Program-made: the position numbers and the translations under genes
Assembly: GCA_963748625.1 (NCBI GenBank)
Contig: CAVVJT010000007.1
Location: 832,001-896,000, forward strand
DNA from: an uncultured Chloroflexia bacterium
GTDB taxonomy: Bacteria; Chloroflexota; Limnocylindria; Limnocylindrales; CSP1-4
Direction of reading: 5' to 3'
Length of the DNA: 64,000 nt
The notes under the pieces: generated by a model
Database searches by the model: none
Told to the model about the DNA's origin: nothing
Seen by the model: only the letters and a program-made list of their open reading frames with translations
Shown: positions 23,857 to 34,883 of the stretch, piece after piece
How positions within the stretch are numbered: the first letter of the stretch is position 1
How the letters are laid out: every line of letters begins with the position of its first letter

Positions 23857-24076
23857 GACCCGCCCAGCATAATCGGTTCGCGCCGGATACCCCGCGGACC
23901 CGGTCGGCCCATCACGGCACGGCCATTGGCCCCCTGTTCGACAGGCGCATGGGCCACCCGGTGCGCCCGATGGCCCATGCGCGCCCGCGCGAATGGCGCG
24001 AACCTTGGCAGCACACATCCGCCTTCCGCGTCCCAGCCTGCCCGCCACAGCTCCGGCGGGCCCATCGAGGAACCCG

Positions 24077-26812
24077 ATGACGGCACATCTCCCGGCGTCC
24101 AGCCCCACCAGCGACGTGCTGGCCGATGCCCGCAATCCGCTCAACGCGATCTTCCATCCGCGCTCGATCGCCGTAGTCGGCGCCACCGAGAAGGAGGGTT
24201 CGGTCGGCAGGACGATCCTCTGGAACCTGCTCTCCTCGCCCTTCGGCGGGACCGTCTACCCGGTCAACCCCACCAGGCCCGCCATCCTGGGCGTCAAGGC
24301 CTACTCGTCCATCAGCGCCATCCCGGATCCCGTGGACCTCGCGGTCATCGTGACGCCGGCCAAGACCGCCCCCGGCCTCGTCGAGGAGTGCGGCCAGGCC
24401 GGGATCAAGGGCGTGATCATCATCAGCGCGGGCTTCAAGGAGGTCGGCGCCGAGGGCGCGGAACTGGAGCGTCAGGTCCTGGAGCAGGCACGCAAGTACG
24501 GCATCCGCGTCGTCGGCCCCAACTGCCTGGGCATCATGAACCCGGTCGGGCGCCTGAACGCGACGTTCGCCGCCGGCATCGCCAACCCCGGCCGTGTCGG
24601 CTTCATCAGCCAGTCGGGCGCGCTGCTCACCGCGATCCTGGACTGGGCGGCCCTGGAGAACGTCGGCTTCAGCTCCATCGTGTCGCTGGGCTCCATGCTG
24701 GACGTGGGCTGGGGCGACGTCATCGAGTACCTGGGCGACGACCCGAACACGGACTCGATCGTCATCTACATGGAGACCATCGGCGACGCGCGGGCATTCC
24801 TGTCCGCCGCGCGCGAGGTGGCGCTCACCAAGCCGATCATCATCATCAAGCCCGGCCGGACCGTCCAGGCGGCCAAGGCTGCGGCCAGCCACACGGGCTC
24901 CCTGACGGGCTCGGACGACGTCCTCGATGCCGCCTTCCGGCGCGCGGGCGTCCTGCGGGTGGACTCGATCAGCGAGCTGTTCCAGATCTCCGAGATCCTG
25001 GCCAAGCAGCCGAGGCCTCGCGGCCGGAAGCTCTCGATCGTGACCAACGCAGGCGGACCGGGCGTCATCGCGACCGACGCGCTCATCGGCGGCGGCGGCG
25101 AGCTGACCGACATCAGCCCCGAGACGATGGAGGCGCTCAACGCCGTCCTGCCCGCGGTCTGGAGCCACAACAACCCGATCGACATCATCGGCGACGCCCC
25201 GCCGGATCGCTACGCCAAGGCCCTCGAGGTCGCGGCGGCAGACCCGGAGGCTGACGGCCTCCTGGTGGTCCTCACGCCGCAGGCGATGACGGACCCGACG
25301 GCCACCGCGCGGGCCCTGGTGAAGTACGCCAGCATCGAGGGCAAGCCGGTCCTGGCCTCCTGGATGGGCGGCCTCGACGTGGAGGAGGGCGCAAAGATCC
25401 TGCGCGAGGCGGGCATCCCGACCTTCCCCTACCCGGATCGCGCCTGCGTGCTGTTCAACTACCTCTGGAAGTACGACGAGCGCCTCCGCTCGCTGTACGA
25501 GACCCCGCGCCTCCCCGTGGCCACCGATCGCGGCGAGTTCCGCGAGGAAGTGGACCGCATCATCGAGGAGGTCACCGCTGAAGGCCGGACGCTGCTCACC
25601 GAGTACGAGTCCAAGAAGGTCCTGGCGGCCTACGGCATCCCGATCACGGACACCGAGATCGCCGTGACGCCCGATGCGGCCGTCGAGGCGGCCGAGCAGA
25701 TCGGCTACCCCGTGGTCGTGAAGCTGCTCTCGCGGACGATCACGCACAAGACCGACGTGGGCGGCGTGGCGCTCAACCTCAAGTCCGCGGACGCCGTCCG
25801 CGATGCCTTCGAGAAGATCCAGGTCGCGGTCAGCGAGCGCGTCGGCGCCGAGCACTTCGAGGGCGTCACCGTCCAGCCGATGATCAACTGGACCGGCTAC
25901 GAGCTGATCGTCGGGTCCAGCGTGGACCCGCAGTTCGGCCCCGTCCTCCTGTTCGGCATGGGTGGCCAGCTGGTGGAGGTGTTCCGCGACCGGGCGCTGG
26001 CCCTGCCCCCGCTCAACACGTCGCTGGCGCTGCACCTCATCGACGAGACCCGGATCTCAGAGGCGCTGCGGGGCGTTCGCGGGCGCAAGCCCGTGGACCG
26101 CGAGGTGATGGCGTCGCTCCTTGTCCGCTTCAGCGAGCTCGTGGCGGAGCAGCCGCGCATCGCCGAGATCGACATCAACCCGCTGCTGGCCTCCCCGGAG
26201 CGGGTGATCGCGCTCGACGCCCGCGTGGTGCTCCACCCGGCCGAGATCGCGGACAAGGACCTGCCGAAGCTCGCGATCCGCCCGTACCCGTACCAGTACG
26301 AGCTCCGCACGCAGACCGAGGACGGCAGGCCGATCTGCATCCGGCCGATCCGGCCCGAGGACGAGCCTGCGGTCATCGCCTTCCACAAGGGCCTCTCGGA
26401 GGAGACGGTCGTCGCCCGCTACGGCGTCAACCGGCCGCTCGAGGAGCGCATCGACCACTCACGCATGACCCGCATCTGCTTCGCCGACTATGACCGCCAG
26501 TTCGCGCTGGTCGTCGAGAACGGCTGCGACGACGGTGCGCGTGGCGAGATCATCGGGATGTCGCGGCAGGTCCGCATGCACGCCTCGGACGATCGCCACC
26601 TGACCATGGTGGTCGCCGACGGCTGGCAGCGGCAAGGGATCGGCGCCAAGCTCGTCCAGGCCCAGGAGGCCGTGGCCAGGGGCGAGGGCGTCGCCAACCT
26701 CATCTCGGAGCTCGCGCCCGAGAATGTCGGGATGCGGGAGCTGCTCGAGAGCGAGGGCTTCGCGATCGAGGAGCAGGAGGGACACCTGCGGGCGAGGCTC
26801 GCGATCTCCTGA
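24077..26812 (+). CDS. Bifunctional acyl-CoA ligase (NDP-forming)/GNAT acetyltransferase (Pat-like)
   Basis: 'GPNCLG', 'SQSGA', 'AASHTGSL', ATP-grasp 'HKTDVGGV', C-terminal GNAT 'WQRQGIG'. Confidence 0.93.
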   Translation: MTAHLPASSPTSDVLADARNPLNAIFHPRSIAVVGATEKEGSVGRTILWNLLSSPFGGTVYPVNPTRPAILGVKAYSSISAIPDPVDLAVIVTPAKTAPGLVEECGQAGIKGVIIISAGFKEVGAEGAELERQVLEQARKYGIRVVGPNCLGIMNPVGRLNATFAAGIANPGRVGFISQSGALLTAILDWAALENVGFSSIVSLGSMLDVGWGDVIEYLGDDPNTDSIVIYMETIGDARAFLSAAREVALTKPIIIIKPGRTVQAAKAAASHTGSLTGSDDVLDAAFRRAGVLRVDSISELFQISEILAKQPRPRGRKLSIVTNAGGPGVIATDALIGGGGELTDISPETMEALNAVLPAVWSHNNPIDIIGDAPPDRYAKALEVAAADPEADGLLVVLTPQAMTDPTATARALVKYASIEGKPVLASWMGGLDVEEGAKILREAGIPTFPYPDRACVLFNYLWKYDERLRSLYETPRLPVATDRGEFREEVDRIIEEVTAEGRTLLTEYESKKVLAAYGIPITDTEIAVTPDAAVEAAEQIGYPVVVKLLSRTITHKTDVGGVALNLKSADAVRDAFEKIQVAVSERVGAEHFEGVTVQPMINWTGYELIVGSSVDPQFGPVLLFGMGGQLVEVFRDRALALPPLNTSLALHLIDETRISEALRGVRGRKPVDREVMASLLVRFSELVAEQPRIAEIDINPLLASPERVIALDARVVLHPAEIADKDLPKLAIRPYPYQYELRTQTEDGRPICIRPIRPEDEPAVIAFHKGLSEETVVARYGVNRPLEERIDHSRMTRICFADYDRQFALVVENGCDDGARGEIIGMSRQVRMHASDDRHLTMVVADGWQRQGIGAKLVQAQEAVARGEGVANLISELAPENVGMRELLESEGFAIEEQEGHLRARLAIS

Positions 26813-27188
26813 GGAACGCCCCTCCCGCAGATCATCGCAACTCCTGGCCCCGGGCCTCGCCGAGCAGGCGGTGCCCGGGGCTTGTTCATGGGCGGGGTTT
26901 GTTCATGAGCGGGGCTTCGTCGTGGGCGGGGCTTGTTCGCGCCCGGGGGCTTCTTCGTGGCGCGGCGCCCGAACCCCGCGGCCAGCCGCCCAGCGGGCCC
27001 TGCGAGCAGGATTCCGCGCAACCCGCCCGCCGGGCGGCACGATCGGGCTCCGGAACGCCCGAAACGCCCGAAACGCCGGGAATCTGCCGCTGTGCGGGCA
27101 GGCTGCGCAATACCTCGCACGTGCGGCCCGCCGCACGGGAGGGCAGCCTCTCCGATACGCCGCGCCAGCGCTCGTGGTCCGGCGTCGC

Positions 27189-27297
27189 CCCCACCCATGG
27201 GGCGATACCGCCGCTCGCCCTCGTACATCAACCCCCGAAGCGACGAACGGGGCGTCGATCCCTGCGTGCATGGGCCCCTGACGCCCCCGTGGTGGGG
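27189..27297. repeat. Dispersed ~110-bp element with terminal inverted repeats, copy 1
   Basis: CCACCCATGGGGCG...CCGCCGCTCGCC...AACGGGG.GTCGATC...CGCCCCC.TGG.GGGG shared with 29013-29123. Confidence 0.7.
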
Positions 27298-27493
27298 ATC
27301 GGCGGGTTGCAGGTGGCCCAAGGCGGGCCCGGCGCCGGGCCGACCAGGAGCGCCTGACTGGACGACCAGGGGTGCCGGACCCGCCGCGACGCTTGTGTCA
27401 CCCAATCTCATGACTCAACAGCATTCCGGATCGGCCACAATCGGACCTGCCGCCGGAACCCGGGACATACGGGCGGCACCTTCGGATTGCCTG

Positions 27494-28930
27494 ATGCCTG
27501 ATCACCGTCCGCCGCTTCGTCCGCGGGCCGTCGCCGTTGCGACGGCCCTCCTCCTGCTTGCCCTGCTCGGACCGGTCGCGGCGGTGCGCCCGCTGGGGGT
27601 TGTGGCAGCGGACCCGGGTGTGGATCCGTCAGCGTCGGCATCGGTAGAGCCGTCCGCTTCGGTCGCGCCGTCCGCTTCGGTCGCGCCGTCCGCAGCGGCT
27701 GAGGCGTCGACGCCGGTCGAGCCCGCCGCCGCGGCGTCGGAATCGGCTTCGGCATCAGCGGCGCCGTCGGTGTCGGTCGAGCCGTCGGCATCGGCATCGG
27801 CATCGGTTGCGCCCACCGCGTCACCCTCGGCATCGGCGTCGGCGGAGCCAACCGCAACCCCGACCATCTCGCCCAGCCCGACGGCGAGCCCCACACCCCG
27901 GCCGACCCCGACCGCGCCCCCGTCGGACAGCCTCCGCCTCACACGCCTCAAGGTGATCCGCGGTTCGATCACCCCCAAGTCGATCGTCGCCACGCAGACC
28001 GGCCTGTTCTTCGCCCAGAACATGATGTACCGGCACACGATGACCGTGTACAACCGCAGGGGCGACCTGGTGAAGACCATCTCCGACCGGGTGACGCTGG
28101 CCAACTTCGGCTTCCCGGCATGGCCATATCCCGTGAACGGCGCGCCCGTCGAGGCCGCTGTTGCGCCGGACGGCAGGCACATGTACGTGAGCCAGTACTC
28201 GATGTACGGGCGCGGGTTCCCGCACCCCGGCTGGGACACGGGCTGGGTTGACGACGTGATCGACCGCTCGTTCGTCTACGAGATCAGCACCTCGACCTTG
28301 CGCAAGACCAGGGTCTTCCGTGTCGGCCCGGTCCCCAAGGCCGTGGCCGTCAGCCCGGATGGCCGCTGGCTGCTGGCCGGCAACTGGACCAACCGCGACG
28401 TGTCCGTGGTCGACCTGCGGAAGGGTCGCGAGGTGAAGCGCATCGTGGTGGGCGGCAACCCCCGGGGCATCGCCTTCACCGCCGACGGCGCAACCGTGTA
28501 CCTCTCGGCCGAGTCGGGCCAGCGGATCCTCCGCTACAGCTTCCGGACCGGGTCGCTCACCACCCTCATCCCCCTGCTGCCCGGCGAGCCCCGCCACCTG
28601 GTGATCGATCGCAGCGGACGCTACCTCTACGCGTCGCTCAACAAGGGCGGCGGAGTGGTCAAGATCGACATCGCGCAGCGCAGGGTTGTGGACCGGACGA
28701 ACACGGGCAGCAACCCGCGCACGATCGTGCTAGCCCCCGACGGCCGCAGCCTGTACGTCGTCAACTACGAGAGCCAGACGGTGACCAAGGTCCGCACCAG
28801 GGACATGCTGGTCATCCAGCGGCTCAAGACGGCGGGCGTGCACCCCGTGGGCATCGACTACGACATCAAGTCACGGACGATCTGGGTGTCGTGCTACCGG
28901 GGCACGATCGAGCGGTTCGCCGATCGCTGA
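27494..28930 (+). CDS. Secreted YncE/YVTN-type beta-propeller with Ser/Ala/Pro linker
   Basis: Signal/TM, low-complexity linker, repeats 'VGPVPKAVAVSPDG', 'VGGNPRGIAFTADG', 'TGSNPRTIVLAPDG'. Confidence 0.85.
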   Translation: MPDHRPPLRPRAVAVATALLLLALLGPVAAVRPLGVVAADPGVDPSASASVEPSASVAPSASVAPSAAAEASTPVEPAAAASESASASAAPSVSVEPSASASASVAPTASPSASASAEPTATPTISPSPTASPTPRPTPTAPPSDSLRLTRLKVIRGSITPKSIVATQTGLFFAQNMMYRHTMTVYNRRGDLVKTISDRVTLANFGFPAWPYPVNGAPVEAAVAPDGRHMYVSQYSMYGRGFPHPGWDTGWVDDVIDRSFVYEISTSTLRKTRVFRVGPVPKAVAVSPDGRWLLAGNWTNRDVSVVDLRKGREVKRIVVGGNPRGIAFTADGATVYLSAESGQRILRYSFRTGSLTTLIPLLPGEPRHLVIDRSGRYLYASLNKGGGVVKIDIAQRRVVDRTNTGSNPRTIVLAPDGRSLYVVNYESQTVTKVRTRDMLVIQRLKTAGVHPVGIDYDIKSRTIWVSCYRGTIERFADR

Positions 28931-29012
28931 CGGGCTCCCCGTTCGCTGCTCCCCGTTCGCTGCGCCCCCGCCGGCCGCCCCCGTCGCCGCGGCGCCCGCT
29001 GGCCGGCTCCGT

Positions 29013-29123
29013 CCTCCACCCATGGGGCGAATCCGCCGCTCGCCGTCGTAGGTCGATCGCTGGATCGACAAACGGGGAGTCGATCTCCTCGTGCGTGCGC
29101 CGTTGGCGCCCCCATGGCGGGGG
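29013..29123. repeat. Dispersed ~110-bp element with terminal inverted repeats, copy 2
   Basis: Collinear with 27189-27297. Confidence 0.7.
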
Positions 29124-29192
29124 AACGCCGGGTGGCAGGCGGCCTAACGCTGGTGCCGGGCACGGCGGGCGTGGACGGTCACGCCTTGAAGG

Positions 29193-29459
29193 TCACGCGC
29201 TGAAGGTCACGCGCCAGGCGTTCGCAGCTGCCGGATCCCGCCAGCGCTCGCGCAGGATGGCGGCGAGAGCACGGACGGGCTGCGGCGTGTCACGGGCGGT
29301 GTACGCCTCGTCGAGCAGCTCGGCCTGGTCCTCGTCAAGCTCGCCCTCGAACCAGCCCTCGCCCTCCGCGAACTCGAGGCCCAGCCAGTCGAGTGCGGAC
29401 TCCGCCTCGTCGATGTCGGGGAAGGTCATGACGGTCTCTGGGGTCCGGGTGTCGCTCAT
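29193..29459 (-). CDS. Hypothetical acidic protein
   Basis: 88 aa, plausible composition, follows LuxR gene. Confidence 0.55.
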   Translation of the reverse strand: MSDTRTPETVMTFPDIDEAESALDWLGLEFAEGEGWFEGELDEDQAELLDEAYTARDTPQPVRALAAILRERWRDPAAANAWRVTFSA

Positions 29460-29480
29460 CGGTGCATCCTACCGGCGCGC

Positions 29481-32400
29481 TCAGGAACGGACCGGATCGC
29501 CATCGACCAGGCCGAGCTGCTGGGCGACGAGTGCGGCCTCCAGGCGCCCGTCCACGCCCAGCTTGCCGAGGATCGCGGACACGTGGACGCTCGCCGTCTT
29601 GGGCGAGATGAAGAGCCGCTCGCCGATCTCGCGGTTCGTGAGGCCTCCAGCCACCAGGCGCAGGACCTCGACCTCGCGCTCGGTGAGGCCGAGTGGGGCG
29701 ACGGACTGGCCGGCCGTCGTGACCCCGTCGCCGGCGACTGCGCCCGCAGCGGGGTCGGCCGGATCACGGTCCACGGCGAGCCGGGCGCGCCGCGCGAGGA
29801 GGCGGAGGTCCGCCTCCAGCGCAACGTGGCCCCCGGCAGCGGCAAGACCCACACCCTCGCGGACCAGGGCCGTGGCCTCCGCGCGACCGCCGGGGGCGAG
29901 GACGAGCGCCTCGGCCAGCCGGAGACACGCATAGGCCCGCGCGGCTGGACGGCGTGGAGTGCATCGCGCCTCCTCCTCGAGGGCCTCCCGCCAGCCGGCG
30001 ACGGCAGCCTCGCCCGTCGGGTCATCGGCGCGGGCGAGCTCGGCCGCCGCGAGTGCGAGATGGACGGCCTGGGCGCGGCGCAGCTCCTCGTGCGCGTGCA
30101 GGAAGCGCATCATGCGGACGAGGCGGGCACGGTCACCGCCACCCGGGTCAACCCCAGCCGATCCGCCGGACCCACCCGTCGTGCGGGCAAGTCCCGCCGC
30201 CTCGGCCACGGCCTGTGCCCCGAGATGCAGCAGCGGACCCACGCTGGCGCCGAGGACCACCAGCGGAACACCCGCACCGTCGCGCTGCGCCGACGATGCC
30301 TGGCGGGCTCCGGCGTCGGACAGCGAGCGCAGCGTGGCCAGGGCATGGGCGGTCCCGCCACGCCGCAGGGCCAGGCCGACCTCCGCGACCGACAGCCAGC
30401 CGAGCGCATCGAGGCCCCGTGCCGGACCGGCGAGCTGGACAGCGCTCCGAAGCGCCGTCTCGGCGTCGGCTACGCGACCCTGCTCGAGGGCCACCAGTGC
30501 GGAGGCGACGTGCAGGGCGACATGACCGGGGCCCACGGGACCGATCGCCATCCCGGCCTCGACCTGCGCCGCCGCCTCCCCGACGCGGCCGAGCGGCACG
30601 AGGCACCGGGCGGCGTCTGCGGCGAGCAGCGCCCCGTAGGTGCGCCCGAGCCCTGACGCGCGGCAGAGGTCCACGCCCGCAAGCGCGGTCGCAGCGGCCT
30701 CGTCGAGAAGGCCCGCCATCTCCAGTGCGCGCGACAGGTGGTCGGCGGCCAGGGCGCGCCCCCGGACCTCGCCGATGCCTGCCGCTGCGGCCGCCCCGAG
30801 CCGGATCAGCCCGAGCGCGTCCTCCACCCGGCCCGCGTACATCAGGCTCCAGCCCAGCACCCCGCCCGCGAGCGCCTGCTCCTCGCGGGCACCGGCAGCT
30901 CCGGCGACCTCGAGCGCGCTGATCGCCGTGGTGCGCGACCGGCGCACGTCGCCGGTGTAGAGGTAGAGGCCGGCGAGATGGGCAAGCACGCTGGCTCGCG
31001 CCCGGCCGGCGCCGGCGTCCACGATCCCGGCCGCCCGTTCGGCCTCGGCCAGGGCGCCGGCCGTGTCACCGGATTCCCACATGGACCGCCGCAGCCGTTC
31101 CAGGGCGGTCACGACGCGCGGGTCCCCGGACTCCAGCCCCAGCTCGGCGACCACCCCGCGCTCCAGGTCGATCGCGTGGGCGTGATCGCCGGCCATCGCT
31201 GCGGCGCCTGACGCCGCCTGCGCAAGGTCCACCCGGTCGAACGCCGAGAGGTCATCCGCTGCGGGCACGGCCGGCCACAGGGCGAGCGCCCGGTCGAAGT
31301 GCTCCTGGGCGGTCTCGAACCCGAAGACCTCCCGTGCTGCCAGCCCAGCGCCGATGTGCGCCTGGAGGGCCCGGCCCGGCTCACCGGCCGCGTCCCAGTG
31401 ATAGGCGAGCTCCGCCTGGTCGGCGGGCCACGCCCGGCCCGACGTCAGGGCAAGGGCGAACGCCTCGTGCAGCCGGGCGCGCTCGCCGGGCAGCAGCTCC
31501 GCGGCCACCGCCTCGCGCACGAGATCGTGGCGGAACGCGTATCCGTCCCGACCGGACGTGCGGGCGGGAACCAGGAGGCCCTCGGCGATCGCGGCTCGGA
31601 TCCCCGCGTGCACCTGGGGCGCCGCGAGACCGGTCGCATCCACGAGGAGCTGGTCATCCACCATGCGTCCGGCCGCAGACGCAAGGCGCAGCACGTCGTG
31701 GGCCTCCCGGGGCAGGCCGGCGATCCGAGAGGCGACCAGGTCCCGCAGCCGGGGCGAGGCCGAGGAGGACCAGGCACCCCCGGCCTCGATCCAGGCGAGC
31801 AGTTCGGAGGCGAACAGCGGGTTGCCCCCGGCCCGCTGCTGGATCCGCGCGACGAGATCGGGGTCTGGCGCCCGGCCGAGGAGTGCGGCCACCTGGGCGC
31901 TGGTTGCCCCGAGCCCGAACAGGGCGAGCTCAAGGCGCTCCACGCGGGTGCTCCGGTCGAGGCCGGCCGACGAAGGCTGCCGCCACCTCCGGCAGGCCGC
32001 CCATGCCGCCGGTGCGCGCGGTCATGACCAGCAGGATGCGGGCGTCGCGGAGGTTGCGCACAAGGAACGTGACGAGGTCCAGGGACGCGCGATCGGCCCA
32101 CTGGATGTCCTCGAGGACCACGAGCAGCGGGGTCCGCGCGGCCATCCGCTCGGTCATGCGCAGCAGCGACTCGAACAACTGCAGGCGGGCAACCTCGGCG
32201 GAAGCCTCGCCGGCGGGGGAAGGGGCCAGACCGGCGGGGGATGGCGCCAGGTCGGACGGCCCGGGACCCTGCACCCGCGCCGAACCCTGCGCCCGCCCCG
32301 GTCGGTCGAACCCGAGCAGGGGTTCCACGACGTCACCGCCCGGACCGAGGAGGGCGGCCCGCTCCTGGTCGGACAGGCCGCGCACCGCATCACGGAGCAT

Positions 32401-32628
32401 CTCGGCGAATGGCAGGTAGGCGACCGTGGAGCCTAGCTCCAGGCACGCCCCGATGAGCACCCTGAAGCCCGCCGTCGCTGCGTCGTCGGCCACGGCCCGC
32501 ACCAGGTGGGTCTTGCCGATGCCCGCCTCGCCTGTCACGAGGACGAGACCCAGGCGTCCTCCCCGTGCAGCCTCGAGCGCGCGGGCCAGCGACGCGACCT
32601 CCTCCGTCCGGCCCACCACGGCGCTCAT
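29481..32628 (-). CDS. AAA ATPase-TPR-LuxR (LAL/STAND-type) regulator (frameshift near 31950)
   Basis: Walker A 'GEAGIGKT', 'VVLEDIQWAD', 'GGNPLF', C-terminal 'LTEREVEVL...TNREIGERLFISPKTASVHVSAILGKL'. Confidence 0.9.
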
Positions 32629-32813
32629 TGGTGGATCGTGCCCCGATCGTGCGGGCGGGCGCAAGGTGCCACTAGGCCGGGTATCGCCACGATTCGGGAT
32701 GGGCAGGCCGCGATTCGGGACACGCGCGACCGCGCGGACTGGGCACCTGCCTGATGTCCACCACCCCTACTTAGGCCGACGGTCACCTCGACACCACCAC
32801 CGAGGAGTGCACC

Positions 32814-33398
32814 GTGTACGACCTGCAACAGCTCTCCACCCTCCAGCCCGTCGCCCTGACGCCTCGCGCCGAGGACCCGGATGACATCCTGACCCAGGCG
32901 TACCTGGAGCACCGCGAGCCGATCCGTCGCTGGCTGGTCGCCCGCAGCCGCGACGAGGACCTCGCCGAGGAGCTCCTGCACGAGGCGTACCTGCGCCTCA
33001 TGCGCGAGCTGCGGCGGGGCGTCATCATCGAGAACCCGCGTGCCTGGCTGTTCCACGCGGCCACCAACCTGCTCGTGAGCAACGTCCGGCACGCGCGCGT
33101 GGTCGAGCGCCACGTCCCGACCGAGCCCGCCTTCGAGGCGGCGTCTGCGGAGACGGTGGTGCTGGCCCAGGAACGGATGGAGCACCTCACGCGGGCGCTG
33201 AGCCTCCTGTCGGAGAGCGACCGCGGGCTGCTCGTCGCCGCCGGCATGGGCGGGGATGGCCCAGAGCTCGCCGACCAGGCAGGGATCAGCCAGGTCGCGC
33301 TGCGGACTCGACTCTGCCGTGCCCGCAAGCGCCTCCGCGACCAGGTCGTGGCGGACCAGGCGTCCTGCCTGACCAGCTACGCAGGACTGTCCGCCTGA
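32814..33398 (+). CDS. ECF sigma-70 factor (no coupled anti-sigma)
   Basis: 'DLAEELLHEAYLRL...RAWLF', region 4 'LRTRLCRARKRLR'; GAGGAG RBS. Confidence 0.88.
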   Translation: MYDLQQLSTLQPVALTPRAEDPDDILTQAYLEHREPIRRWLVARSRDEDLAEELLHEAYLRLMRELRRGVIIENPRAWLFHAATNLLVSNVRHARVVERHVPTEPAFEAASAETVVLAQERMEHLTRALSLLSESDRGLLVAAGMGGDGPELADQAGISQVALRTRLCRARKRLRDQVVADQASCLTSYAGLSA

Positions 33399-33784
33399 CC
33401 ATGGGGCCCGCCTGACCGTGCGGCTTGCCCGCCATCACCCAGGGCTCGCCGTCACCACCCGGCCCCTTAAACACGAAAGCCCCGGCGAAGACCGAGGCTG
33501 TCAAGAAGAACGGGCGGGTGCCGGGCGTCCCCTCCGACACCCGCCGTAATGGGAGTCTGCCGCCCGGACGGCTCGCGGTCCATGCGTCCTTCGATATAGA
33601 AACGCGACATCGTGGGCATGTGCCTTGCTCTCGGGCCGCCGCCAGCCCGAGCAGGAGGCTATCGGGCGATACAGGGCGCGGCCGTCGGGGGACGCCCACG
33701 ACGGCCGCGCGGGCAGAGCATCCCAGCGATCGCGCCTGACCGCAAGTCCGCAGCCCGGCGCAGCCTCAGCCCTCCCCGCTCGCC

Positions 33785-34105
33785 TCAGCTCTCCCCGCTC
33801 CCTGTGCGCCCGCGGGACATGCCGTCGAGCGGATGGCCGTCGGGCTTGCGCCCAAGCTTCGCGGCCTCCTCGGCGATCACGGCCTCCACGATCTCCTCCG
33901 CCGCGCCCGCACGTTCGACGGGTGCCGTCCACGCGAACTCGTCCAAGTAGTCGTCCGTGCCCGCCAGGCCCTCGCGCATGGTGATCCGGCTGATCTCCTG
34001 CATGAACCAGCGGGGCATCGGGCGCTTGGCGACCATGCCGTCATCAGCGGTGACCTCGACCTGGGTGGGGATCTCGCGCCAGGCGAGGACCCGATACGTG
34101 CTCAT
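33785..34105 (-). CDS. Virulence-factor domain (CvfA-like) small protein
   Basis: 'YRVLAWREIPTQV...FMQEISRITMREGLAGTDDYLDEFAW'. Confidence 0.75.
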   Translation of the reverse strand: MSTYRVLAWREIPTQVEVTADDGMVAKRPMPRWFMQEISRITMREGLAGTDDYLDEFAWTAPVERAGAAEEIVEAVIAEEAAKLGRKPDGHPLDGMSRGRTGSGES

Positions 34106-34183
34106 GGCAGAACCTTCATAGGCAGGCGACGGACAACGTGAACCACGACGGTAGCGCGGGTGGGCACAAGGGTATACACTACT

Positions 34184-34213
34184 TGCGTACTTGCGCAACT
34201 AGCCAAGTACGCA
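34184..34213. promoter_or_regulatory. Putative operator (perfect 10-10-10 inverted repeat)
   Basis: TGCGTACTTG-N10-CAAGTACGCA in an AT-richer divergent intergenic region. Confidence 0.55.
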
Positions 34214-34272
34214 CATGACATCCCCGCACCGCGGCCGGCCTCCGGTCGCGACCGATCCAGGAGACCCTCCCG

Positions 34273-34680
34273 ATGGAGATGGTGATCGACTTCCCCGGCG
34301 GCGCCCGCGTGGACGCCCACTTCGGGCCGTTCACGGTGCCGACGGACCAGCCGCCGTCCGGAGGCGGCCAGAGCTTGGCCCCGACGCCGTTCCTGACCTT
34401 CCTCTCGACGATCGGGACATGTGCCGGCATCTACGTGCTGGGCTTCTGCCGCCAGCGCGGAATTCCCACCGATGGCATCCGCCTCGTGCAGCATGTCGGC
34501 GCGAACCCCGCCACCGGCATGGTGGACGACGTCCGGCTCACGATCGAGCTGCCGGAGGGCTTCCCGGCCAAGTACGCCGATGCCGTCGTTCGGGCCGCCG
34601 ACCAGTGCGCAGTGAAGAAGCACTTCGAGCACCCGCCGGTGATCACGGTCACGAGCACCTTCGCGTCCGCCGTGGCCTGA
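34273..34680 (+). CDS. OsmC family protein
   Basis: 'TDQPPSGGG...PTPF..FL..IGTCAG' and 'DQCAVKK' Cys pair. Confidence 0.9.
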   Translation: MEMVIDFPGGARVDAHFGPFTVPTDQPPSGGGQSLAPTPFLTFLSTIGTCAGIYVLGFCRQRGIPTDGIRLVQHVGANPATGMVDDVRLTIELPEGFPAKYADAVVRAADQCAVKKHFEHPPVITVTSTFASAVA

Positions 34681-34715
34681 CGGCCTGCCGGGACGTCCTC
34701 GCCGCCCCGCCGGGG

Positions 34716-34839
34716 CGCCGCCGGGGCGCGGAAGGGACGCCGCCGGGGCGCGGAAGGGACGCCGCCGGGGCGCGGAAGGGACGCCGCCGGGGCGCGGAAG
34801 GGACGCCGCCGGGGCGCGGAAGGGGCGCCACCGGGGCGC
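34716..34839. repeat. 22-bp tandem repeat x5.6
   Basis: CGCCGCCGGGGCGCGGAAGGGA. Confidence 0.9.
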
Positions 34840-34883
34840 CGCAGCCCGGCGGGATCTCCGCCAGGCATTGGCGGTCCGAGACA

